Source: Eledone cirrhosa
Lineage: Eukaryota
NCBI GenBank assembly: GCA_964016885.1
Contig: OZ024758.1
Coordinates: 7,998,001 to 8,062,000, forward strand
Reading direction: 5' to 3'
DNA: 64,000 nucleotides
How positions within the stretch are numbered: the first letter of the stretch is position 1; the number at the start of each line of letters is the position of its first letter. The position numbers and the translations under genes are program-made. Below the pieces are notes generated by a model. It was not told where the DNA came from. It did no database searches and saw only the letters and a list, made by a program, of their open reading frames with translations. Shown here one piece after another: positions 1 through 12,173 of this stretch.

Positions 1-735
1 GGTTTTTTTTTACATTGTCAACACATTTTCTTTACTTATTCTGCAACATTATAAAGACTATTTCAGTCCTCTTTGGTTCCTCTCCGTTTCAATTTTGTTC
101 TAGTTACTCCATCTTGTTATTCCAAAAGGATGAATGGCAAAGTGACCCCTGACAGGAATGTAATAATAGTAGTAATTCTTTCTAACATAGGCACAAAGCC
201 AGCAATCTGGGGCTGAGTGTAAAGTCAATCATATCACTCCAAGTACTTTACTTTATTGATCCCAGAAGGATAAAAGGCAAATTTGACCTTGGGGGATTTG
301 AAATCAGAACATATCGGGCAAAGTTATTTTGTTAATCCACCACCATTGATAGTTTCTAATGCCTTAGGACATCAATTTGGAAGGAGTGTAAATGTCATCC
401 ACAACTTGACTGCTATTTCGTTTATCGTATATACTCAAATATGTTTCCTATTTACCTTTTCTTTTGCATAATCTGCCATGAATATTTGAAATTTTTTTTT
501 TTTTTTTTTTTTTTCTGTTTTTTTTTCCTTTTATTTCTTTCTTTTTTTTTTAATCACTTGTCTCACTAGTTCTTTTTGATTACCAACTGTAAGGAGTACT
601 CAGTACTTCCCTTAGTCTGCCATAGCTTACTAACTCTATAAGGACGTTTAGACGTTTAAATTTATTAGATAAATAAATGAATAAGCCAACCCCCTTATTT
701 TATGTCTGAGAAATGGGCAAAAATCCAAACTTTAT

Positions 736-953
736 TTAACCCTTTAGCATTTAAACCGGCCATATCCAGCCAGAATTCTCTCACCTCTTTCTGTTCAAAT
801 TGGCTGTAACCAGTCTCCTCATACTTATGTTAGGGTATTTTTCTCAAAATAAATAAATCTTGTAGATTTGATATTATGTGAGATAATTATGTAAGATAAA
901 GCCTTTACTGCAAAAATACAATAGTAAATATAGAGTAAATGCAAAAGGGTTAA
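736..953. mobile_element. TTAA-flanked (piggyBac-type) MITE of about 215 bp; further copies near 6561-6862, 29365-29565, 42919-43146, 53394-53490, 54107-54277, 61582-61781, 62850-63043
   Basis: TTAA-CCCTTTAGCATT ... AATG(C/T)TAAAGGG-TTAA termini and a shared body (ccagaattctctcacctctttctgttcaaa). Confidence 0.8.
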
Positions 954-1434
954 ATAGAATTTGAAGTTGGTGAAAATCATCAAAATATTACCCTGAATAT
1001 AAGGCAACTCCTTTCTACCATCGATTTTTTTAGTCACATATTCCTCAGCTTATATTCAAGTATATACGGAGATTGATTCCAGTAGGATGAACAGCAAAGT
1101 CGATCTTAGTGGAATTTGCACTCAGAATGTAACTCAGGGCTGCAATTAATACCACAAGGTAGTTTGTCGAAAGGCCTAACAATTTTGCCAAATAGTTATG
1201 TAAAGTAAAATTCATTTAACGAGATCTGGTAAAATATATTTTGCTGTTTATTACCATCATGTGGAAGCTGATTGCAACAAGTCAGCCGTATTAATCAACA
1301 GTAAAAAGATTAATGCCAGTGCTTGACAATTTCCTGTCTACTACACAATATAGACATGCCTGATGTGTTAACTATCTTCATCTATATGGTACAGCTATAA
1401 ATGAATCAATCACAATCTGCTCCCTCTCTCTCTA

Positions 1435-1483
1435 ATATATATATATATATATATATATACATATGTATATATACATATGTATA

Positions 1484-1532
<49 letters not shown>

Positions 1533-1757
1533 ATATATATGTATGTATATATATATATACATATGTGTATATATATATATATGTATGTGCGTATATATAT
1601 ATATATACATATGTGTATATATATATATGTGAGTATATATATGTATATATATATATGTATATATATGTGTGTGTATATATATACATATTTATATATACAC
1701 ATATGTATATATATATATACATATGTGTATATATATATGTGTGTATATATGTGTATA

Positions 1758-1831
<74 letters not shown>

Positions 1832-1965
1832 TATATATATATATATATACACATATATATGTGTGTGTATATATATATATATGTGTATATATATATATGT
1901 GTGTGTGTGTGTGTATATACATATATATGTGTGTGTGTATGTATATATGTATATATATATATATG
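1435..1965. repeat. (TA)n/(TG)n compound microsatellite; similar tracts at 5280-5610, 16295-16470, 31818-32110, 32365-32740, 33250-33690, 46540-46660, 60545-60790
   Basis: Dinucleotide runs; source of the many IY/VC/HT-rich ORFs. Confidence 0.95.
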
Positions 1966-2959
1966 CAAGCGTGGAAAAAAATGGACCTAAAAACGTTGGT
2001 GATGATGATGATGATGGTGGTAAGGAAATAGCTGAAGAGCTTGTAGTATTTCTCTTAATGATAGATAAGTAAGACCAACGTACAATTTATTTATTTTATT
2101 TTTTTTTTTTTATTATTTTTTTTTTTTCTGTAATATGGAAGCAGAAAAATGATTTACCAGAAACTTTTCTCTTTTCCACATGATATTGACCCCATCCATG
2201 TGTCTGTATGTCTCCCCCCCCCCTCTCTCTCTCTCTATCACTCTCTTTCAATCTCTATCTCTATCATATTCTATGTCTGTGAGATATATATGCAATATAC
2301 ACCAAAGTAGCTTATTGCCTGCTCGCCTCTCTTGTAAGCCATGATGGATATGAGAATATTGTAGTTCCCTTCTTTGTATTATCTATTTCTCTTCTATGAT
2401 AACCATATCACAGCTACATGTATTTCTTCTTCTTTCTCTCAGGTATAAAATTTCTAATTTCTGTACTTAGACAGGTTAAGGCTAACTATACGCACTGCGT
2501 TACATGGTAGGAAATTGTGTTGTTGTTTATGAAGCTTAATGGATTTTCATTTTCGGAGAATGATGAAAAGTTTATATTAGATATTTTGTTTGTTTATGAC
2601 AAAAGATGGTGGAGTTGCTTTACTAAGAGAGGTAACATGAGCAAAACTGTGTTTTATATCCAATGAGTCTATTTGGCAGCCATCTTAACAGGCAAACTTG
2701 CTGGTGTTACATATGCATAGAATTCACACACAACTACACATACAACACTATATATATCATCATCATCATCATCATCATCAACGTTTAGCGTCCGTGTTCC
2801 ACGCTTGCATGGGTTTGGATGGGGGTAGTCCCACTTGAGGCAAGAGTGATTGTCTTGCTCGCATAGGACTGTCTGGCAGGTTTTCTACAGTTGGATGCCC
2901 TTCCTAACACCATATATTCCACAGACACGTGTATCCTTAATGTAGTTTTCAGTGAGATT

Positions 2960-4800
2960 CGTTGTGTGACAAGACTGGCTGCTGTTCCCCCTCCCCTTTT
3001 AATTACCGATTGACACAGTATGTGACATGACTGGCTGTCCCCCCTTCAATTACTGGTAGACCCAGTGTGTGACATGACTGGCTGTCCCCTCTTCAATTAC
3101 TGGTAGACACAGTATGTGACATGACTGGCTGTCCCCTCTTCAATTACTGGTAGACACAGTATGTGACATGACTGGCTGTCCCCTCTTCAATTACTGGTAG
3201 ACACAGTATGTGACATGACTGGCTGTCCCCCTTCAATTACCGGTAGACACAGTGTGACATGACTGGTTGTCCCCCCTTCAATTACTGGTAGACCCAGTAT
3301 GTGACATGACTGGCTGTCCCCTCTTCAATTACTGGTAGACACAGTATGTGACATGACTGGCTGTCCCCTCTTCAATTACTGGTAGACACAGTATGTGACA
3401 TGACTGGCTGTCTCCCTTCAATTACTGGTAGACACAGTATGTGACATGACTGGCTGTCCCCTCTTCAATTACTGGTAGACACAGTATGTGACATGACTGG
3501 CTGTCCCCCTTCAATTACTGGTAGACACAGTATGTGACATGACTGGCTGTCCCCTCTTCAATTACTGGTAGACACAGTATGTGACATGACTGGCTGTCCC
3601 CTCTTCAATTACTGGTAGACACAGTATGTGACATGACTGGCTGTCCCCCTTCAATTACCGGTAGACACAGTGTGACAAGACTGGCTGGTACCCCCTCTCC
3701 CCTTCAATTACTGGTAGACACAATTTGTGACATGACTGGTTGTGCCCTCTTCAATTACTGGTAGACACAGTATGTGACATGACTGGCTGTCCCCTCTTCA
3801 ATTACTGGTAGACACAGTATGTGACATGACTGGCTGTCCCCCCTTCAATTACTGGTAGACACAGTATGTGACATGACTGGCTGTCCCCTCTTCAATTACT
3901 GGTAGACCCAGTATGTGACATGACTGGCTGTCCCCTCTTCAATTACTGGTAGACACAGTATGTGACATGACTGGCTGTCCCCTCTTCAATTACTGGTAGA
4001 CACAGTATGTGACATGACTGGCTGTCCCCTCTTCAATTACTGGTAGACACAGTATGTGACATGACTGGCTGTTCCCCCTTCAATTACTGGTAGACACAGT
4101 ATGTGACATGACTGGCTGTCCCCTCTTCAATTACTGGTAGACACAGTATGTGACATGACTGGCTGTCCCCTCTTCAATTACTGGTAGACACAGTATGTGA
4201 CATGACTGGCTGTCCCCTCTTCAATTACTGGTAGACACAGTATGTGACATGACTGGCTGTTCCCCCTTCAATTACTGGTAGACACAGTATGTGACATGAC
4301 TGGCTGTCCCCCCTTCAATTACTGGTAGACACAGTATGTGACATGACTGGCTGTTCCCCCTTCAATTACCGGTAGACACAGTATGTGACATGACTGGCTG
4401 TTCCCCCTTCAATTACCGGTAGACACAGTATGTGACATGACTGGCTGTCCCCCTTCAATTACCGGTAGACACAGTATGTGACATGACTGGCTGTCCCCCT
4501 TCAATTACCGGTAGACACAGTATGTGACATGACTGGCTGTTCCCCCTTCAATTACCGGTAGACACAGTATGTGACATGACTGGCTGTCCCCCTTCAATTA
4601 CCGGTAGACACAGTATGTGACATGACTGGCTGTTCCCCCTTCAATTACCGGTAGACACAGTATGTGACATGACTGGCTGTCCCCCTTCAATTACCGGTAG
4701 ACACAGTGTGACAAGACTGGCTGGTACCCCCTCTCCCCTTCAATTACTGGTAGACACAGTATGTGACATGACTGGCTGTTCCCCCTTCAATTACTGGTAC
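2960..4800. repeat. 46-47-bp minisatellite, roughly 38 copies, inside a minus-strand SINE (head at 4800-4945)
   Basis: Unit gacacagtatgtgacatgactggctgtcccctcttcaattactggta. Confidence 0.95.
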
Positions 4801-4957
4801 AACTCATTTTCACCAGCTGAGTTGACTGGAGCAATGTGATATAAAGTACCTTGCTCAAGGACACAATGTGCTGGCCTGTCTGGGAATTGAACTCAAGACC
4901 TTACAATTGTGGGCCAAACATCCTAACCATTAAGCCACACATCTTCACCAATTACCC

Positions 4958-5228
4958 ACACACACCTCACTATACATCCTACTACACACCTCACTATATA
5001 CACCTCATTATACACACCTCATTATACACACCTCACTATATACACCTCATTATACACACCTCACTATAGACACCTCACTATACACACCTCATTATACACA
5101 CCTCACTATATACACCTCATTATACACACCTCGCTATACACACCTCACTATATACACCTCATTATACACACCTCACTATATATACCTCATTATACACACC
5201 TCACTATACACACCTCACTATATACACC
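4958..5228. repeat. 14-16-bp minisatellite (tacacacctcacta / tacacctcatta)
   Basis: Directly visible tandem units. Confidence 0.9.
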
Positions 5229-7388
5229 TGGAAAGAAAAACCAAATGAAGTATATATGCTACTAATATACTTAGAAGACTGTGTCTGTCTATGTATTGGT
5301 GTATATGTCTATAGGTCTGTGTGTCTGTGTGAGTGTGTAGGAGGGAGTACGTCTGTCTGTGTGTGTGTGCATGTCTGTCTATCTATTGATGTATGTGTGT
5401 GTCTGTATATATGTGTGGCAGGGTCTGTGTGTGTGTGTGCATGTCTGTCTATCTATCAATGTATATGTGTGGCAGGGTCTGTGTGTGTGTGCATGTCTGT
5501 CTATCTATCAATGTATATGTGTGGCAGAGTTTGTGTGTGTCTGTCTGTCTGTGTGTGTGTCAGTCTGTCTGTGTCTGTCTGTCTGTGTGTGTGTCTGCCT
5601 GTGTGTGTGTGTACAACCCATTCTGAATCAGCTTGCCTGTTAAAATGGCTGACACTCCACTATTCCATTTGTTAAACATGAGTTGCCTGTCTTAGCCAAA
5701 CCCTACCATCTTTAGCTACCACATGCTTTGGTCACTGTTGTAAACATACTTCTCATTTCTTTCCAATCTTATCAGTCCCTTAGTAGCAAAGGAGACCCCT
5801 AAATTCGGTAACTAAGCTAGACAGATTGGCACCAATATACTTAACTTCACTTAGTAATGCTTCCAAATGCTCCTTCCTACTACCCCCCTCTCTCACTCTC
5901 TCTGCCCCCCACCCTCTGTCTTAGCCATCTCTCTCTCTCACAGCCCTCTCTGTCTTAGCCCTCTCTCTCTCTCCAACCCTTCATCTTTCACACACTTTCT
6001 CCCCCCCCCCCCTCTCTCAAGAGATTTAAAACATCATGTAATGTTTTCTATCTACTCCCTTCTTTCTTCAGGATAAAGTTCCCTTGTCTCTATTGCCAGT
6101 ATTTGTGTTTAGGAGCACTTCTAAGTTCTGTACTTGGAATCAGACATGTTGAAAACAGCAGTACTTGATGAAATCATATATATATACATACAAGCTAATT
6201 CTTCTCTGTGTTTATAATTATCAAACATACATACACATTACTGATTGCATACAGCATAATACATATGGCTTCTCTATTTATCATGCACATGTATATTCAT
6301 CAACGCCTAAAATGACATATACATACTACCATGAAGATCTACTTAAGGTGTATATAATTCCATACTGACAGGCTTAGTCACAATATTTGCTTGGAAACAT
6401 TGAAAGCTCCTGCTAAGTTAAGTCAATGATTTCATCTCATAATTTTAGTTGTAACAATGTCACTCAACTTACAATGTTAATGGCCTTGAGAAAAGCATAA
6501 ACATCATAGACTCAATTTTCTTCTCCCAATATAATTGGAACATTCTGCCTAATAAACATATTAACTCTTTAGCATTTAAACCGGCTCTATCCGGCCAGAA
6601 TTATCTCACCTCTTTCTGTTCAAACTGGCTGTAACTGGTCACTCATTCTTATATTAAGGTATTGCTCTCAAAATAAATAATATCAAAATCTCATAGATTC
6701 GATATTATGTGAGATAATTATGTGAGGTAAAGCCTTTACCGTGAGAATACAATAGTATATATAGAGTAATGTAAATATTATGTGAGATAATTATGTGAGG
6801 TAAAGCCTTTACCGTGAAAATACAATAGTATATATAGAGTAATGTAAATGCTAAAGGGTTAACCTTTTCGATACCAAACCACCTGAAACTGCCCCTGGTC
6901 CTATGATACTAAACTATTTGTTTTAAAATGTGTATAACTATCTAACTAAGGTGAACTTTGCCCTTCATCCATTTGAGGTTGATAAAAAAAAGTACCAGTC
7001 TAGTACTGGGGTCAATTCTTCCTCTATATCTCTTTCTCACTTCCATTTTCTAATTTTCTATCCTTCTCTGGAAGAAGTCTGCTGTGTTCAAACCTGGCGA
7101 GGAGATGGGCTCTGCCAGGTTTTAAAAAGAATCCCTAGAAACGCCATATGTCAATGTAATACACCTTTGACTACCATGCATAGCTATCTAAAAACCTTCC
7201 ATCAGAATTTTATGTAAGAACATTTAAGTTATATTTCAAACACCAGCTTACTAAAGACAAAGTTAGTTATATTACTAAATTCCTCCAAATTTTTCAAAAT
7301 TATTTTAAAATCATAGACAGTGTATTTCTATTAGAAATATGATAATGAAATTGTTAATAATGATTTTTTTTTACATTGACACAAATTT

Positions 7389-8136
7389 AGGGGATACAAC
7401 AAAATTTAAATTAATAGATTAATTAAAAATTGAATGTGCCTATGCAGTGGTGATTGCATCTGATCTTTGGTAAATATGATGACAACACTGGACATACTGC
7501 AGTCTTATTGAACCTCTTCAGTGAAGCATTGTCTTATTAGTACATGATAGATCCTAGTTGACCAAGAGATTCAAACATTTTGAATGAATAAATACTTGTA
7601 GGGGTGACAACTTAAAATAATAAATAGAAAAAACAACCCAGAGAGGCCTTCTGCATGAAAAACAAATAGTAAAGTGAATGCTAATTTACTTAATGTAGTG
7701 AGCTCCCAAAAATTAATTAAAAATTGCACCTCTAGGGAAGAGAATAAAGATACTAGCATAATGATTAATAGTGTGAGGGTGGGGTAAAGAGAACAAAGGG
7801 TAATAACTTCATAATTCAAATTAATTAAAATTCATTTAAAATTGTATGGAAACATGCAGTGGGAAGTGGATTTGATTTCAATCAATCATTGTTTTAAGGT
7901 ATTGTCTCCCAGTATGACCTCAGCCTGTTGTCTAGAACAGGTGAAAGGGTCATTTATTCCCTCAGCATGTTTATTTATATATCAGTCACCTAGAGTCTGA
8001 CAAAAACTGCTTCACTGAAGAGGTTTCTTAAGACTGAAACATGTCTTCAGTTATCACCACCAAAGACCAGAACCACACACCATTGCATGTACTCATTGAA
8101 TATTTAAACAATTTAAATTTCAGAGTTGTCTACCCT
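7389..8136. mobile_element. Old Penelope-like relic with inverted termini of about 135 bp carrying a hammerhead-like core
   Basis: 7389-7528 and 8008-8136 are diverged inverted copies. The right arm has CTGAAGA-GGTT..GACT-GAAAC AT GTC (8015-8045). Confidence 0.5.
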
Positions 8137-8811
8137 GCTTTTCTCTTCTCTCAACACTCCACTTGCTTACACACAAACTATGGAATCTATGAGCAAGACA
8201 TGGTTCTCTAACTTACCCAGCCTCAGACCATTCTCACCTGTCTAACCTATGCCAGCATGAAAAGCATTTTCATTATCACGATGATGATGATACATTTCTA
8301 GAATTAATCATTAAACTAATGGGTTTTTTTTTTGTTTGTTTGTTTTTTACAAGTGCAATTTTACTTAATTAAGAATTTTATGCTCATTATATTAAGAATG
8401 TTAGCACCCATGTAATTAATTGTTTTTCCTGAAGAAGACATGCATGGATAATTCCCCCCACCCCAGTCATTTCTGCGTATGTACATTGGAAAGCTGTTCT
8501 CACATGTAAAATGACTGATAAGCTGCCTTATCAGATGATTAGGTGAGGCAATTGTTAACCTATGAAAAACATGTGGCTATATTTGATAACATAACAGTAA
8601 GAAGGCAGTTATATGAGAGAGTTTATTGAATATTATAAAGCCTTTAAATAGTGTGATATAACCCCAGCTGTCAAAAAACAGGAAGCATTGGCGCACCTAA
8701 AATTTAACTGAAACAGTTAACTCTTTTGGTACCAAACTACCATGGGTCCTTAAAGTGTATATATATTAAAATACAAATATTAATAAAATAGATGTTCTTT
8801 TGATCAATTAA

Positions 8812-8864
8812 ATTTTATTATACATATTTCAGAGGTACAACAGTACGTCCTCATCAGACAAAAT
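8812..8864 (-). ncRNA. Type I hammerhead ribozyme (family B, diverged copy)
   Basis: Minus strand reads ATTTTGT-CTGATGA-GGAC GTAC tgtt GTAC CTCT-GAAAT ATGT ATA-ATAAAAT. 7-bp helix I. Confidence 0.68.
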
Positions 8865-9219
8865 ATAATGATACATGACATACCCTGAGATGTTAAATGG
8901 TTAAATATTTTTATATTAATCACTCTAGAAAATATTTTTTCTGTAGAGTGCTTCCAATCTACTGTAAAACTTATTCTTTGATGTACTCATTGAATCTTGT
9001 TTAACTCTTTAATATATATTGTTATACTTTGGGAGGGTCATGTTGCCAATAAGAAACACACACACCAGTTGCTTTCACTTCAATTTATTATAATAAATTT
9101 ATATATATATACATATACACACACACATACACTTTAAGAAGTTTTGGAACTAGCTGTTGAAATGGCAAGAGCTCAGCTGTCGGGTCTCAACACTTTATAA
9201 TATAGCCATACTCTACTAC

Positions 9220-9717
9220 CCCAAATATCGAAGCCCTACGAACGAAAGGTCGGTTGTATGATGCCTGTGTGAGATGTGTGATGCTGCATGGTAGTGAGAC
9301 ATAGGCAGTAACTGCGGAGGATATGTGACGGCTGGAAAAAAAAATGAAGCAAGCCTGTTCCAATGGATGTGCAATGCCATTGTGCGTGAACGACCAAGCA
9401 TGGATGAATTGAGAGAGAAACTGTCTATAAGAGGGATAAGCTGTAGTGTACGGGTGAGAAGACTGCATTGGTATAGCCATGTGATGTGCATGGAAGATGA
9501 CCACTGGGTGAAGAAGTGTCAAGAAATCCCAGTGCAAGGAAGACGTTGTAGAGGAAGACCACGAAAAACATGAGCGGAGGTAGTGAGAGCTGACCTCAGA
9601 TCGCTGAAGCTCACACAGGAGATGACAAAGGACTGTGACAAATGCAGAGATGCTGTGCTGAAGAGGACCCGTCCCACCTTTGAAAGCAAGGAAAAGCAGA
9701 CGTAAAAGGATGATGAT
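9220..9717 (+). mobile_element. RTE-clade LINE, 5'-truncated 3' end
   Basis: Disrupted frame reading LYDACVR..LHGSET..RRLHWYSHV..GRRCRGRPRKT, typical RTE ORF C-terminus. Ends in a GAT-repeat tail. Confidence 0.85.
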
Positions 9718-10454
9718 CTGACTTATCATATTTAGATGGCTGGAATATCTGTTATCATAGGTTTTATAGGTGAGCACTTAACTGAGGCTTAAAGGAAAGG
9801 CCCCCATTGGTCACTAATGACCATGGTTTTGCGCCTAGAGAGTTTCCCTCCAAGGCACAAGCCTGGGCAAGGTTTGTTTGTAGAAGACCAGCAGTCTCCC
9901 CCTCTCCACGCCATCGATGTTGTCCAAGAGAAAGGCAATGGCCAATACATTAATTAATTGATTAAAACTATGTATTTCATTAGAAATGTAGTCATGAAAT
10001 GGTTAACTATGCTTCTTCTTCTCAAACTGACCAAAGATGCCCACAATGTCATTATATTATAAAACTTAACTTCCTGCTGAGGAAATAATCATTTATACTT
10101 TTGGCACAAGGCCAGCAATTATCCAGTACATTACTGGTACTTTATTTTATCGACCCCGTAAGGATGTAAGGCAAAGTTAACCTCGGTGGGATTTGAACTC
10201 AGATCGTAAAGGGACGTAACTATGCTGTAAAGCATGTCTGACCCTCTACCGATACTGCCAATTCACCTCCCTGAGGAAATAATGTAAATAAATAAGACAT
10301 TACTATTGAAAATAAGGACAGAGCAATTCAGTTTATAAATTAAAGTATAAAGTTCAGAAATCCAAGTATTCTTTCTAAGAACCATAATTGATGACTCAAA
10401 TAGTAACCAACTGAAGGACTTGATCTTGTATAATATTTATTTTATATATATGTG

Positions 10455-10860
10455 ATGAATGTGGAACAGCAGAGAAGGCTGGAAAGAATGGATATAAGGA
10501 TGATTCAGTGGGTAGGCAGAGGACCTCTTATAAAGAGGAAAACAAACAATGATTGGAGAGGATGATAGGAATAGAGTCAGTGATGGATGTTGTAAAGAGA
10601 AATGGAATGAGGTGGCTGGGATATGTGTTGAGGAAGGTTGAAAGTGACTGGGTGGAAGAAGTGATGGAAATAGAACCAGTGATGTATATTGTGAAAAGAA
10701 ATGGAATGAGATGGTTGGGTCATGTGTTGAGGAAGGAGGAAAGTGACCAGATAAGAAGATTAATGGATATGAATGTGGAAGAACATATAGAAAAAGAAAG
10801 ACCAAGGGGAGAAGGCTAGAGATGGTGGAGGAAGACATGAAAGCTAAGGAAATTAACCAT
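10455..10860 (+). mobile_element. Decayed RTE LINE fragment with internal duplication
   Basis: KRNGMRWLG(Y/H)VLRK occurs twice, followed by RPRG. Confidence 0.7.
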
Positions 10861-11917
10861 GGAGAGCTTGTTGTTTTATATATAATTTGAAACATGTTTG
10901 CCATTAATTCTACTGCTTTTCATCTGTGGTCAGTGACATAATAAATAGTGTTTCAATAAAGAAAATAATAATAATAATACATTGATTGAGGCTGTTGCTG
11001 AAATTAGCGGCAACTTATAATATCTAATATCATTTTATAATAAATCATTTTTATCTTCTATTAATTGCTGCCTTTCTTTTTATTTTTCATGATTCTTCCT
11101 CATATAGTCACCGCTTCAGAATGTCAATTCTTCAAACCTAGACAGCTATAAATATTTTGAAAAATACATATACACCTAGAATATATCCTACATCTACAAT
11201 ATATCCTATATCCTATACCTAGACTATATCCTACACCTAGACTATACCCTACATCTAGACTATACCCTACATCTACAATATATCCTATATCCTACACCTA
11301 AAATACCATTTACATATCTTGAGCAGAATCCCTTACTTTATACACCCATTGTAAACTAAACACCTGAAAAAGTTACCAACTTGAGGCAGCTTGCACTTAC
11401 CAACATTCTAAAACTGTTGGTTCTATTAAAAATCCCTAAATTCTAAAGTCTGTCTCAAGCCTAGGGGTTCATCAGGATAGTACTTACCCCAGTTTCTGTG
11501 GCATCAAGCGACTGAGAGGACAAGACTCCCCCCTGGACAGGACACCAGTCCATTGCAGGGTTAACCCCAGCTGTTGGTTCTATTAAAAATTCCTAAATTC
11601 TAAAGTTTGTCTCAAGCCTAGAAGCTCATCAGGTTGGTGGTTATTCCGCAGCGTGATGTGACTGAGAGTACAAGACTTCCCCCTGGGCAGGATGCCAGTC
11701 CATCACAGGGTTAAAACCCCAGATATATTGCTGGTACTCATTTTCAGCTGAGTATACTGGAGGAACATGAAATGAAGTGTTTTGCTCGAGAACACAACAC
11801 ACAACCCAGTCCAGGAATCGAACCCACAATATTATGATTATAAGTCCAACACCCTTACCACTAGGCCATGTGCCTCCACCAACAATATACCTTTATGTCT
11901 TCAACTGCCATCTAGAG

Positions 11918-12173
11918 CAGGCATGTGAAACTGAGGATCCCCCGAGGGCCACATGTGTTGTCTGAGGGCCACATGGGTCACATATGTGTTGTCTGAGGAC
12001 CACATGGGTCACACATGTGTTGTCTGAGGGCCACATGGGTCACGTGTTGTCTGAGGGCCACACATGACAACTAATTGCGCACATTACAACACATTTTATT
12101 ATTTCATATTACAAAGATAAAAGATGCTCGCTCTGTAAAAACCTTTGTGTGGGCCGCATGTTTGACATGCCTG
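11918..12173. mobile_element. hAT (Charlie/Buster-type) MITE
   Basis: TIRs CAGGCATGTgAAAC / GTTTGACATGCCTG. Perfect 8-bp TSD ATCTAGAG at 11910-11917 and 12174-12181. Internal tandem repeats of about 30 bp. Confidence 0.9.

Noticed and set aside
1401-2072. Long ORFs rich in I/Y/V/C/H/T (also at 5.3, 16.3, 31.8, 32.4, 33.2, 46.5 and 60.6 kb)
   Set aside because: Translations of dinucleotide microsatellites that happen to lack stop codons.
2960-4800. CRISPR-like appearance of regular arrays (also 13.7-15.4 kb and 59.3-60.0 kb)
   Set aside because: Units are head-to-tail with no unique spacers, there are no cas genes, and the context is eukaryotic.
8465-8542. Possible missing phase-2 NUP188 exon ending ..ATT AG|gtgagg
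   Set aside because: Only an HW dipeptide resembles the expected sequence and the acceptor is unconvincing.
9187-9777. 196-aa minus-strand ORF
   Set aside because: Antisense shadow of the decayed RTE LINE fragment.
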